62,880 bases of DNA, filler included, from Reclinomonas americana ATCC 50394 (GCA_048213135.1; 6 parts of 4 records of this genome joined end to end with filler, not necessarily neighbours in it), one strand, 5' to 3'. Positions 1 through 12,100 are shown, counted from the first letter of the whole stretch. A program made the numbers and translations. The notes: generated by a model not told the origin, from the sequence alone.

Positions 1-62
<62 letters not shown>
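1..62. repeat. (TC)n microsatellite in an intron at the window edge
   Basis: Pure tc dinucleotide run. Confidence 0.95.
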
Positions 63-66
<4 letters not shown>

Positions 67-189
67 GCCAAACGCTCTCACTCACGCACTCATTCTCTCA
101 CTCTCATTCACACTGACTGATCCGCGCTCTCTCTTCCCCCCTCTCTCCCTCCCTCCCTCTCTTCCCCCTTCGCCTCTCCCGTCACTCAC

Positions 190-485
190 CGTCAGTGGCG
201 CCCCCGACGACGACGCTCCACCGCCCTCCAACCGCTCCAGCAAATCCTCCAGCCGCGAGTACACCGTGTCAATCGGTTGTCCTTGGTCCTCCGGGTGATG
301 GTGGTGGTGGTGATGCTGGTGCGGGTGGTGGAACATGGGCGCGCCGGGTTGGCCAGCCGGCATCATGCCGGCAAAGTGCATGGGTGGGCCGCCGGTGACT
401 TGCGGGGGGCCGGGCACGGGCACAAAGCCCATGCTGTTCATGACGCTGGAGAGGAGGTTGCCAATGTCGGGCATCGGGCCGGCGC
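190..485 (-). CDS. Internal exon of an unknown Pro/Gly/His-rich protein (partial gene)
   Basis: Pyrimidine tract plus cag acceptor at 486-488 and gtgagt donor at 189 bracket GAGPMPDIGNLLSSVMNSMG...HHHHHHHPEDQGQPIDTVYSRLEDLLERLEG, which has GC3-rich codons. Confidence 0.7.
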
Positions 486-1781
486 CTGGGGGAGGGGGAG
501 GGGGAGGGGGGAGGGAGAGGGGGAGGAGAAGGGAGTGAGAAAGGAAGGGGAATGAGAAGGGAAGGATAAGAGAGAGTGAGAAAGAGCGAGAGAGAATGAC
601 GGAAAGCGAGGCAGGTCGCAATAATATTGAACGGAGGAAAGGGGAAAGAGAGAGAAAGAGAGAGAGGAGTGCGAGGACAGTGGGAGAGAAAGGCGGGCGT
701 AAGGGAGGGTGGCGGGGAAGGGGAAGAGCAGAAACAGAGAAGAATAATGTGAAAGAGAGCCGCGCGCAGGAGGGGGTACAGGCGAGGGACAGTGAGAGAG
801 AAATAAGGAGAAAGAAACAGAGGAAAGAGAGAGGGAGAGGGAAAAGACGGTGTAAGAGACGGAGACAGAGAAGAATAACGAGAGAGAGAGAGAGATCGAC
901 GCGAGTGGGAGGCGGCACAGGCGAGGAACAGTGAGGGAGAAGAAATGGGAGAGAGAGGATGTGTGAGGACAGTGGGAGAGAAAAGAGGGCGTAAGAGAGG
1001 GTGGCGGGGAAGGGGAAAANNNNNNNNNNNNNNNNNNNNNNNNNNNNNNNNNNNNNNNNNNNNNNNNNNNNNNNNNNNNNNNNNNNNNNNNNNNNNNNNN
1101 NNNNNNNNNNNNNNNNNNNNNNNNNNNNNNNNNNNNNNNNNNNNNNNNNNNNNNNNNNNNNNNNNNNNNNNNNNNNNNNNNNNNNNNNNNNNNNNNNNNN
1201 NNNNNNNNNNNNNNNNNNNNNNNNNNNNNNNNNNNNNNNNNNNNNNNNNNNNNNNNNNNNNNNNNNNNNNNNNNNNNNNNNNNNNNNNNNNNNNNNNNNN
1301 NNNNNNNNNNNNNNNNNNNNNNNNNNNNNNNNNNNNNNNNNNNNNNNNNNNNNNNNNNNNNNNNNNNNNNNNNNNNNNNNNNNNNNNNNNNNNNNNNNNN
1401 NNNNNNNNNNNNNNNNNNNNNNNNNNNNNNNNNNNNNNNNNNNNNNNNNNNNNNNNNNNNNNNNNNNNNNNNNNNNNNNNNNNNNNNNNNNNNNNNNNNN
1501 NNNNNNNNNNNNNNNNNNNNNNNNNNNNNNNNNNNNNNNNNNNNNNNNNNNNNNNNNNNNNNNNNNNNNNNNNNNNNNNNNNNNNNNNNNNNNNNNNNNN
1601 NNNNNNNNNNNNNNNNNNNNNNNNNNNNNNNNNNNNNNNNNNNNNNNNNNNNNNNNNNNNNNNNNNNNNNNNNNNNNNNNNNNNNNNNNNNNNNNNNNNN
1701 NNNNNNNNNNNNNNNNNNNNNNNNNNNNNNNNNNNNNNNNNNNNNNNNNNNNNNNNNNNNNNNNNNNNNNNNNNNNNNNNN

Positions 1782-1852
<71 letters not shown>

Positions 1853-1978
1853 AGAGAGAGAGAGAGTCTGCTCGTGCCACATTGGTCTCCTCTGTTGTTT
1901 TTTGAGCCTCTTGTCTTTCGTACTCTTGTGTTGACGAGGCGCGGGATGTTCGTTTGCTCATTGGTCATTTTTGTGCAG

Positions 1979-4638
1979 GGCCACTGGTCGGGGTGGAGGA
2001 GGCCAAGGAAGAAGAAGGCATTGCATCTCCAGCGCAACCGCAGCCTGACGATGGGCCGGTTGTGGACTTGGAGCAGCGACTGGCGAATGCTGAGCGTCTC
2101 CTGCGAGAAGCCAATCTTCGCGCAGAAGATGAGAAGCGTCGCGCAGAAGATGAGAAGCGTCGCGCAGAAGATGAGAAGCGTCGCGCAGAAGATGAGAAGC
2201 GTCGCGCAGAAGAAGAGAAGCGTCGCGCAGACGAATCGGAGCGTCGCGTGCGAGAGCTGGAGGCAGCAAGCGCCCGCGCAGCTGCACAAGATGACGGCCG
2301 CCACTCGCCCCCGGATAGAGGCGGTAAGATGCACTTCCTGTGTGGCCAAGAGTGGTGTCAAATGACCCCATGTTTGAATTTCTCGTGCTGCTACAGGTTC
2401 CACGGAGGAGAGACTGACTTTCTCGAGTAGCGAACACCTGGGCAGCAAGGAGCGCGGTGCCCGGGCGATGCTCAGGGCGATAGCAGCAGTGCACGATGGT
2501 CGTCAGTCGGTGTTGCATCGTGCAGTGTTGCCACTGCTCACGGAAGGTACGCCCATAGCCAGTGGTAGAATGTCGCGATACACTTTCCGTGAATACCAAT
2601 TTTATGTCTGTTGCTAGGATGTATGCGACTCTGCAACCAGACGCTCGCTGTATTGTCGGGCAAATTGCGCTTGGTGGCCACCGAAGACGGGTTGCCATCT
2701 GAAGCGGTGTACCGCCGGGTGCTGCGATGCATGTGCCAACTGCTCGCTGTCGGCCGCGATGGCTATGCGAAGCTCGAGAACTGTGTGGTGGAGGCAACGA
2801 GCCTCGGCTTCNNNNNNNNNNNNNNNNNNNNNNNNNNNNNNNNNNNNNNNNNNNNNNNNNNNNNNNNNNNNNNNNNNNNNNNNNNNNNNNNNNNNNNNNN
2901 NNNNNNNNNNNNNNNNNNNNNNNNNNNNNNNNNNNNNNNNNNNNNNNNNNNNNNNNNNNNNNNNNNNNNNNNNNNNNNNNNNNNNNNNNNNNNNNNNNNN
3001 NNNNNNNNNNNNNNNNNNNNNNNNNNNNNNNNNNNNNNNNNNNNNNNNNNNNNNNNNNNNNNNNNNNNNNNNNNNNNNNNNNNNNNNNNNNNNNNNNNNN
3101 NNNNNNNNNNNNNNNNNNNNNNNNNNNNNNNNNNNNNNNNNNNNNNNNNNNNNNNNNNNNNNNNNNNNNNNNNNNNNNNNNNNNNNNNNNNNNNNNNNNN
3201 NNNNNNNNNNNNNNNNNNNNNNNNNNNNNNNNNNNNNNNNNNNNNNNNNNNNNNNNNNNNNNNNNNNNNNNNNNNNNNNNNNNNNNNNNNNNNNNNNNNN
3301 NNNNNNNNNNNNNNNNNNNNNNNNNNNNNNNNNNNNNNNNNNNNNNNNNNNNNNNNNNNNNNNNNNNNNNNNNNNNNNNNNNNNNNNNNNNNNNNNNNNN
3401 NNNNNNNNNNNNNNNATGGTATTGTTGGTTCACAACTGGCTTCATACAGTCGATGGCCTTTAAAGCCGGCAAAAAAGTGCGTGGAGGATCTCGTTGACCT
3501 GGTGATCGCTGCGGCCGAAGCGCCGACCGCCGGGGCCCTGGTCACGGACACGTCGTACGCGGAGCAGCTAATGGCGATGGAGTTGAAACCCTCGCGGCTT
3601 GTACGCAACTCTCTTGGCCTGCTGCGACACGCGGACAGTGGCAAGCTCGTCCAGACCATGTGGGCTTCTTTGCTGTATGCGGCATCGTACGTTGAGCCGG
3701 CACGGCGAAAGGAGCTGGCCATCTTTGGTGCACTGACGAGCGACAGCGCCATGACCATTTTCGAGTGCCACTTCGATGACTCCCCTGACACAGGTGGGGG
3801 CGGTGCATCAGGATCGTCGTCAGCGCCTGCGTCGCCTCCTGTTGCGTTTGCGACGGTTGGTGTTTGGCAGCTTGCTGACAATCGTCGGGCGATCGGAGTG
3901 CTTCGTCAAGAGTTGCTCGGCCTTCGTGGTAAGTCAGTCAGCATGTTGTGGTCAGTGAGGATGACACTCGCACTGACAGCATTGCTATGCGTTGTAGTCG
4001 GCTCAGTTCTATCGCTTCACGCGGTCCTGCTGGCTATCAGTCACAGCGCGGCGCGCATGGCGTCGTTGATCAGGCCGTTATCTGTACCGCAAGATCCGAC
4101 CCTCGTGGCGATTTTGACGGCGTCGAAGCTTAGCCCGTCGAGCGGCAGCTCGGCGCAGACCGGTCACACGCCGCTGAAGACTGTAGGCTCAGTCAGTTTT
4201 ACTCCGGCTCAAAGCGGTACGGCGGCTCAACACGACAAGCCTGTTAGCAGCAAGTCGCAAGCGTCTCTGTCGACGCCTGGGCACGAGGTCGAGATCATTC
4301 GCATGATTCTGGAGGACCTTCCTGCTGACAATCGCGTGCGCGCGTGTGTGCCGAATGTTGTCAAGGTGGAGCTGACGCTGGTGACATTTGAGCGGGTGGC
4401 GAACGACTCCATATTCTCGATTGACGAGGCGGCATTGGCTTGTGCTGATGTGCTGGCTGTTCTCTCTCACATGCATGAGCTGCGGATTGTGCACGGCGAC
4501 GTGAAGCCAGAGCATGTACTGCTGGATCGTCGATTGTGGCGCGCAGTGCTGATTGACTACGACCTGTCGGTCGTGCTGCCGCTGGAGAGCGACGTGTTTC
4601 ACATTGGCCGACTGCGTGTCGGGACGCCTGGATTCAAG
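1979..4638 (+). CDS. Multi-exon protein, 5' and central part: coiled coil, putative REase-like region and N-terminal part of a Ser/Thr kinase domain
   Basis: Exons splice in frame (donors gtaaga 2324 and gtacgc 2547). Kinase motifs HGDVKPEH, LIDYDLS and GTPGFK are followed by a gtttgt donor at 4639. RRAEDEK heptads are present; LMAMELKPS is a possible ExK motif. Confidence 0.75.
2119..2231 (+). repeat. 21-nt coding tandem repeat, about 5 copies, encoding RRAEDEK heptads
   Basis: cgcgcagaagatgagaagcgt repeated. Confidence 0.95.
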
Positions 4639-4732
4639 GTTTGTGTGGCAGGGGAAGGCTGACAACTCACTGCACGTGTCGTCTCGGCNNNNNNNNNNNN
4701 NNNNNNNNNNNNNNNNNNNNNNNNNNNNNNNN

Positions 4733-4744
4733 TTAATTAATTAA
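4733..4744. other. Artificial scaffold linker TTAATTAATTAA within N runs (also 27206-27217, 33901-33912, 54193-54204, 56692-56703)
   Basis: The same 12-mer, with stops in all six frames, sits between N blocks five times. Confidence 0.95.
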
Positions 4745-4977
4745 NNNNNNNNNNNNNNNNNNNNNNNNNNNNNNNNNNNNNNNNNNNNCACTCCACTCCG
4801 CTCCACCCACCCCACCTCACCCACCTCCACTCCCTTCCCCCACTCTCCCTCCTCTCTCTCACTCCTCTCTCTCTGTCTCTCTCTCTCTCTCTCTCCCCCC
4901 TCCTCTCTCTCCCCTCTCTCACAATGCATTTTCCCGCCCACCTCCCCTCCCTTCTCCCTCCCCCTCTCTCACTCAAC

Positions 4978-6345
4978 ATCATCACCCAAATCCACTGCAG
5001 TCAACTGCCGCTGCAACACCTGCTGCATGCGACGCGCACACACTGCAACATTCTTCCGTCGTCGGAACTCGCACACCGCCCACGCCGCACGCGACAGCAA
5101 GAAGAATGCTAGCAACGCGAGGGATATGAGGAGGAGAATGCTAGTAAACGAGGAGGGTGGCCAGTGGGTGATGGCGTCGATGAGGAGGTCCATTTTTGGA
5201 GAAGTGATGTCCTGTGAAGTTTCTGCATGCCACTGCCTGTTGCTGACGAGTTTTGCAATTACAAGGAGCATTCTACGACTCGTGAGATCTCTATGTCTCT
5301 CCGCATTCTTGACCGCACATCAAAGAGGCAAGCCTGCCTTTCAATTCTTCAACATCTCCATTTCGAACATTGCCAACGCGACTCGTGACAGTAAGAAGAA
5401 CACCAGCAACGAGGGAAACGAGGAGGACAATGCTAGTAAACGAGGAGGGCGGCCAGTGGGTGATTGCGTCGATGAGGAGGTCCATTTTTGGAGAAGTGAG
5501 TGGCATGTCCTGTGAAGTTTCTGCATGCCACCGGCTGTAGCTGATGAGTTTTGCAATTACAACAGCATCATATTACCCATGGAAGCTCTATGTCTCTCCG
5601 CATCCTTGACAGCACATCGAAGAGGCAAGCTGTCTTTGAATTCTTCGATATCTCGCACGCGACCTCGCACACCGCCGCTCGTGACAGCAAGAAGAATGCC
5701 AGCAATGCGAGGGATATGAGGAGGATAATGCTTGTAAACGAGGAGGGCGGCCAGTGGGTGATGGCGTCGATGAGGAGGTCCATTTTGGAGAAGTGAGTGG
5801 CATGTCCTGTGACGTTGCTGCATTGCACTGCCTGTTGCTGACATGTTCTGCAATTACAAGGAGCATTCTACGACTCGTAAGATCTCTATGTCTCTCCGCA
5901 TTCTTGACAGCACACCCAAGAGGCAAGCTTGTCTTTGGATTCTTCGTTATCTCCATTTCGAACACCACCCACGCCGCACGCGACAGCAAGAAGAATGCCA
6001 GCAATGCGAGGGATATGAGGAGGAGAATGCTAGTAAACGAGGAGGGCGGCCAGTGGGTGATGGCGTCGATGAGGAGGTCCATTGTGGAGAAGTGGCATGT
6101 CCTGTGAAGTTTCTGCATGCCACCGGCTGTTGCTGATGAGTTTTGCAATTACAAGGAGCATTCTACCACTCGTGAGATCTCTATGTCTCTTCGCATTCTT
6201 GACTGCACATCAAAGAGGCAAGCCTGCCTTTCATGATCAATTCTTCGATATCTCGATCGCGATCGAACACCGCCCACGACGTTCGTGACAGCAAGAAGAA
6301 CACCAGCAGTGCGAGGGAAATGAGGAGGAGAATGCTAGTAAATGA
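4978..6345 (-). repeat. Second copy (allele or paralog) of the FAAH 5' array plus FAAH exon 1; units of ~292-299 bp with ATGs at 6082, 5783, 5485 and 5193, plus a 5'-truncated unit near 6345
   Basis: Reverse-complement match to 7742-9253. The unit at 5193-4978 encodes the same MDLLIDAITHWPPSS...TAVDLGDD exon as 8981-9196. Confidence 0.85.
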
Positions 6346-6541
6346 GCGTGGAATCGCTGTTCCTCGACCCTTGACCCTTTACCCTTTGTAGGACAAGGCG
6401 CAGATCAGCTTTATCCAACCGCCTTGTCAGGCACGTTTAGCTTCTGTTGACCAAAAATCGGCTCAAGAAAGCAAAGAAGAGTGAAAAGGACAACTGAAAG
6501 GACGCGCAGCGCAGCGTTAAAGGTTCCTGGTCGTTTCTCAC

Positions 6542-7283
6542 TCAAGGAAACCTGTCGTATACCAATCGGTAACTAGCGATCTCCATGCGCGCGGCACCTT
6601 GGCCGACGTAATAAACCACATTGGGCCGCTCCGTCGCGTACTCCTGGGCACTCAAACGTGCACCGCAGACTGGGATCCTCTCCTCGTCCAGCGGAACATG
6701 ATCGCCGTCGGCGTGTCTGTGCTCCGAATCCACACTGACGTTGTTGTCAGCTAACGTGCGTCAAGCCTTGCAGTTCTGGCCGAGAGGAGAGTAGCGAACA
6801 CTTAGTCGAGGACACCCTCTCCTTTCGGTTCGCTCTGTTGGCTTCCTCTCTTCGGAGAGCAAGCCACCTGGCCGGTACCGCGGTACTCTACTGTGCTGAT
6901 CACTCAGCACTTCTCCGTACCTCATCGACGCGATGGCTACCGGCGCCGACGAGCGCACCAGCCACCCTGCGGCCGCGCTCGCAGAACGGGTGACGCAGAG
7001 CATCTGCCGCAGTGATTCGATCATCCGGACGGATCACAAGCAACCGTTCGAGCAAATCGACAGCTTCGGCCAGCGCACGCGACTCATCTGCCGACATCGA
7101 CTTCGCCAATGTGCCGACGGCCTTGAGCAGCATGGGACGCACGTCCATCGGATGCACCATGTCGCTGTACCAAGGGCGCTGACGTTTGAGCAGCAAAAGT
7201 GCGAGCGTCACACCAAAAGACCACATGTCGGCAGCGACGCCCCACTCCTCAAACTCCTCGTCCCAGCCGCACATTTCCGGCGC
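6542..7283 (-). CDS. C-terminal kinase exon(s), subdomains VIII-XI, probably the continuation of the gene at 1979-4638
   Basis: A gcag acceptor precedes APEMCGW...ADMWSFGVTL...DLLERLLVIRPDDRITAADALRHPF and joins GTPGFK in phase 0. The 3' end, near 6900 or 6542, is uncertain. Confidence 0.75.
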
Positions 7284-7741
7284 CTGCGACGCACATACGA
7301 TGTGCATGTTAGATACACACACACCCACACACACACACGCACGCACACACACACACANNNNNNNNNNNNNNNNNNNNNNNNNNNNNNNNNNNNNNNNNNN
7401 NNNNNNNNNNNNNNNNNNNNNNNNNNNNNNNNNNNNNNNNNNNNNNNNNNNNNNNNNNNNNNNNNNNNNNNNNNNNNNNNNNNNNNNNNNNNNNNNNNNN
7501 NNNNNNNNNNNNNNNNNNNNNNNNNNNNNNNNNNNNNNNNNNNNNNNNNNNNNNNNNNNNNNNNNNNNNNNNNNNNNNNNNNNNNNNNNNNNNNNNNNNN
7601 NNNNNNNNNNNNNNNNNNNNNNNNNNNNNNNNNNNNNNNNNNNNNNNNNNNNNNNNNNNNNNNNNNNNNNNNNNNNNNNNNNNNNNNNNNNNNNNGGTGC
7701 TGCAGAACCCGTCAGCACCACGTGCACATGTACACTCCAAA

Positions 7742-9110
7742 ATGGACCTCCTCATCGACGCAATCACCCACTGGCCGCCCTCCTCGTTTACTAGCATTGT
7801 CCTCCTCGTTTCCCTCGTTGCTGGTGTTCTTCTTACTGTCACGAGTCGCGTTGGCATGCGCAATGTTCGAAATGGAGATATATATCGATATCGATGTTGA
7901 AGAATTGAAAGGCAGGCTTGCCTATTTGATGTGCTGTCAGGGATGCGGAGAGACATAGAGATCTTACGAGTGATAGAATGCTTCTTACAACTGCAAAACT
8001 CATCAGCAACAGGAAGTGGCATGCAGAAACTTCACAGGACATTTGCCACTCATGATCACTTCTCCACAATGGACCTCCTCATCGACACCGTCACCCACTG
8101 GCCGCCCTCCTCGTTTACAAGCATTCTCCTCCTCATATCCCTCGCATTGCTGGCGTTCTTCTTGCTGTCACGAACGGCGTGGGCGGTGTTCGATCGCGAT
8201 CGAGATATCGAAGAATTGAAAGGCAGGCTTGCCTCTTTGATGTGCGGTCAAGAATGCGGAGAGACATAGAGATCTCACGAGTCGTAGAATGCTCCTTGTA
8301 ATTGCAGAGCCTGTCAGCAACAGGCAGTGGCATGCAGAAACTTCACAGGACATCGATATCACTTCTCCACAATGGACCTCCTCATCGACACCGTCACCCA
8401 CTGGCCGCCCTCCTCGTTTACTAGCATTCTCCTCCTCATATCCCTCGCATTGCTGGTGTTCTTCTTACTGTCGCGAGTCGCGTTGGCAATGTTCGAAATG
8501 GAGATATATATATATATTGAATTCGAAGAATTGAAAGGCAGGCTTGCCTCTTGGATGTGCTGTCAGGGATGCGGAGAGACATAGAGATCTTACGAGTGAT
8601 AGAATGCTTCTTACAACTGCAAAACTCATCAGCAACAGGAAGTGGCATGCATAAACGTCACAGGACATGCCACTCACTTCTCCAAAATGGACCTCCTCAT
8701 CGACGCCATCACCCACTGGCCGCCCTCCTCGTTTACTAGCATTATCCTCCTCATATCCCTCGCACTGCTGGCGTTCTTCTTGCTGTCGCGTGCAGCGTGG
8801 GCGGTGTTCGATCGCGATCGAGATATCGAAGAATTGAAAGGCAGCTTGCCTGATTGATGTGCGGTCAAGAATGCGGAGAGACATAGAGCCTCCATGGGTA
8901 ATATGGTGCTCCTTGTGATTGCAAACTGAGCCGGTGGCCATGGCATGCAGAAACTTCACAGGACATGCCACTTCTCCACAATGGACCTCCTCATCGACGC
9001 CATCACCCACTGGCCGCCCTCCTCGTTTACTAGCATTATCCTCCTCATATCCCTCGCATTGCTGGCATTCTTCTTGCTGTCGCGTGCGGCGTGGGCGGTG
9101 TGCGAGTTCC
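7742..9110 (+). repeat. Tandem array of FAAH upstream region plus first ~40 codons; ATGs at 7742, 8069, 8372, 8687 and 8981 (the last is the real gene start)
   Basis: Units of 327, 303, 315 and 294 bp each carry ctcc(a/c)aATGGACCTCCTCATCGAC. The upstream copies encode 52-70 aa ORFs with a hydrophobic segment. Confidence 0.9.
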
Positions 9111-12100
9111 GACGACGGAAGAATGTTGCAGTGTGTGCGCGTCGCATGCAGCAGGTGCTGCAGCGGCAGTTGACTGCAGTGGATTTGGGTGATGATGTTG
9201 AGTGAGAGAGGGAGGAGGGAGAAGGGAGGGGAGGTGGGCGGGAAAATGCATTGTGAGTGAGAGAGAGTGTGTAAGAGTGTGAGTGAGTGAGTGAGTGAGA
9301 GAGTGTGTGAGAGAGAGAGAGAGTGTGTGTGTGTAAGTGTGTGTGTGTGAGTGTGTGTGTGTGTGAGAGAGAGTAAGAGTGAGAGAATGAGTGCATGCAT
9401 GTGGGGAGCAGAAGGAATGAGTGAATGAGAAAGAGAGTGAGAACGATCAGTGAGTGAGACTGTGAGAGTGTGTGTGTGTGTGTGCGAGTGAGTGTGTGTG
9501 TGTGTCAGAGAGAGAGAGAGAGAGCGAGAACGAGTGCATGCATGTCGGAAGGCGAAAGAACGAGTGAATTTGAGAAGAACGATGAGAATGAGTTCACATG
9601 CTTGGAAGAGATGCGTGTGTGTGCGAGTTTGAGAGATTGCCTGTGCGACAGAACGGTGAATGATTTACTAAGTGTGCGTGGAATGAAGGCAAGCGAGTGA
9701 GTGAGACAAACCCTCGCTGATCGCTTCTTGCACCGCATTCTTCGTTCCTTGCAGTGCGTAATCGAGACAAGTGCTCTGTCCGCTCTTATCACTCCCATTC
9801 TCCTTCGTTCTCTCGCATGCTGCATTCTCGACGCCCTGTTAATTTGACTCGCAGCTTCCTCTCTTTTTCAGTTCCTGTCTGGCTCTCCACTGTCACTCTT
9901 TTCTGCTCACGACCGCTTACTGTCTCTCGTTCTCTCTCTCGTTCTGCCTCTCGTTCTCTTTCTCTTTCTCTCTCTCTCTCTCGTTCTTCTTCTCGTTCTC
10001 TCTCTCGTTCTCTCTCTCGTTCTCCCTCTCGTTCTCCCTCTCGTTCTCCCTCTCGCTCTCCCTCTCGTTCTCCCTCATTCTTTCTCGTTCTCACTCTCTC
10101 TTTCTCTCTCTGCTTCTCTCTTTTTCTCTTTCTTGTTCTCTCTTCGTTCTCTCTCGTTCTCGNNNNNNNNNNNNNNNNNNNNNNNNNNNNNNNNNNNNNN
10201 NNNNNNNNNNNNNNNNNNNNNNNNNNNNNNNNNNNNNNNNNNNNNNNNNNNNNNNNCGTTCTCTCTCTCGTTCTCTTCGTTCTCTCTCTCGTTCTCTTCG
10301 TTCTCTCTCTCGTTCTCTTCGTTCTCGCTCTCCCTCCCTCTCTCCTTTTCCTTCTCACTTCCTCCTCTGCCCGCAGGATCCCGCGTTCGAGGCGCTGGTG
10401 ACGTCGCGAACCGCCGATGAATTGGTGGCATTGTATGCGTCGGGCACCGTTTCCGTGCAGCGAGTAATGGCGGCATTCTGTCGACGTGCGCGTGCGGCGC
10501 ATGCGAGGTTCAATTGCTTGACGGAGGCGTGCTTTGTTGCGTGCGGTGGGGAGGTTGGGAGGGGAAGTTGCTTTTGATATCTGCAGCTTGGAGGGTAGCG
10601 CCTGCTGATGGTCTGAGTGGCTAACGAACAGATATGATGAGCAGACGTAGAGAGGAATGAGAGCAGCTGTGGCGAGAACTAGCGCATTCTTGTTGTTGAG
10701 TTTATGACGAACAGAAACAATGAGCTTAGATAGAAGGGATTCGCCTGGAAGAAGAGTAGATTGGCGCACACAAAGGGATCAGGAAGGGAAGAAGATAGCA
10801 TCTCCGCGTTGTCAGAGTGAATGGGGAGCAGAAATGATGAAGGCATGCGCCTGCTGGTTGGAAAAGATGAAAAAGGGAGAGGATAGCACCTCCTCGTCGT
10901 CTATGTGCCTTGAGGTGAACTGGCTTTAAAGAGAAACGATGCAGAAAAGCAGATAGGTGAGCTGGGAGTGAGAGGAAGGGCTTGAATAGAACAGAGAATT
11001 CCCTATTGGCATTATCTGCGATTCTGTTTCTCATTCCTCTTCGCTTGTGCAGGAGGAGGCCATGGAGCGCTCCCGCCTGCTCGACATTCTGTTCAAGGAA
11101 ACCGGGCAGCTCGTCGGTTTGGCTCTCAGTCATCCCTCTCAAGCGTGCCGCATCACACTCACTCCTGTGACAGGACCCATGCATGGCGTTCCCATCAGTG
11201 TCAAGGACAACGTGATGATGAAGGGATTCTATGCCACCGCAGGCCTGGCCTCCAACACGCACGCCCCTCGCAAAGAGGACGCGCTGGTGGTGAAGCTGTT
11301 GCGCGACGCTGGAGCTGTGCCGTTTGTGCGCACGAACTTGCCGCAGACCATGCTGTCGTTCGAGTGCGAGAACCCGATGTATGGGGCAACGGTGAGTGCG
11401 TGTTTGTGTCGCTTCTCCTGTCGCTGTGTCGCTCCTTTTTGTCGCTGCGTCGCTCCTCGTGTCGCTGTGTCGCTCTTCGTGTCGCTGCGTCGCTCCTCAT
11501 GTCGCTGCGTCGCTCCTCATGTCGCTGCGTCGCTCCTCATGTCGCTGCGTCGCTCCTCATGTCGCTGCGTCGCTCCTCATGTCGCTGCGTCGCTCCTCGT
11601 GTCGCTGCGTCGCTCCTTTGTGTCGCTGCGTCGCTCCTCGTGTCGCTGCGTCGCTCCTCATGTCGCTGCGTCGCTCCTCGTGTCGCTGTGTCGCTTCTTG
11701 TGTCGCTGTGTCGCTTCTTGTGTCGCTTTGTCGCTCTTTTGTGTCGCTGTGTCGCTCCTTGTGTCGCTGCGTCGCTCCTTGTGTCGCTGCGTCGCTCCTT
11801 GTGTCGCTGCGTCGCTCCTTGTGTCGCTGCGTCGCTCCTCGTGTCGCTGCGCCGCTCCTCTTTTCGCTGCATCGCTCCTCGTACCGCTCCGTCACTCCTC
11901 GTGTCGCTGCGTCGCTCCTCGTGTCGCTGCGTCACTCCCTGTGTCGCTGCGTCGCTCCTTATGTCGCTGCGTCGCTCCTCGTGTCGCTGCGCCGCTCCTC
12001 TTTTCGCTGCATCGCTCCTCGTACCGCTCCGTCACTCCTCGTGTCGCTGCGTCGCTCATCGTGTCGCTGCGTCGCTTCTTGTGTCGCTGTGTCGCTCCTT

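Noticed and set aside
82..3881. Very long ORFs spanning X runs
   Set aside because: They are open only because of N gaps and dinucleotide repeats.
4733..4744. Recurrent palindrome TTAATTAATTAA as a recombination or piggyBac-type site
   Set aside because: It is always embedded in N runs, so it is an artificial linker.
5027..6136. Antisense ORFs of the array (QQEECQQCEG..., MRRRMLVNEEGG...) with gtgagt-like sites
   Set aside because: Variation between units is synonymous in the MDLLID frame, creates stops in the in-register antisense frame, and the MDLLID frame continues into FAAH.
2425..6801. 13-bp match gagtagcgaacac at ~2425 and ~6789
   Set aside because: It is a single short match with no flanking similarity and is compatible with chance.
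4978..9253. CRISPR array, or transposon with terminal inverted repeats
   Set aside because: There are no unique spacers, cas genes, transposase or target-site duplication. The units are copies of the FAAH 5' end, and the inversion coincides with assembly gaps.
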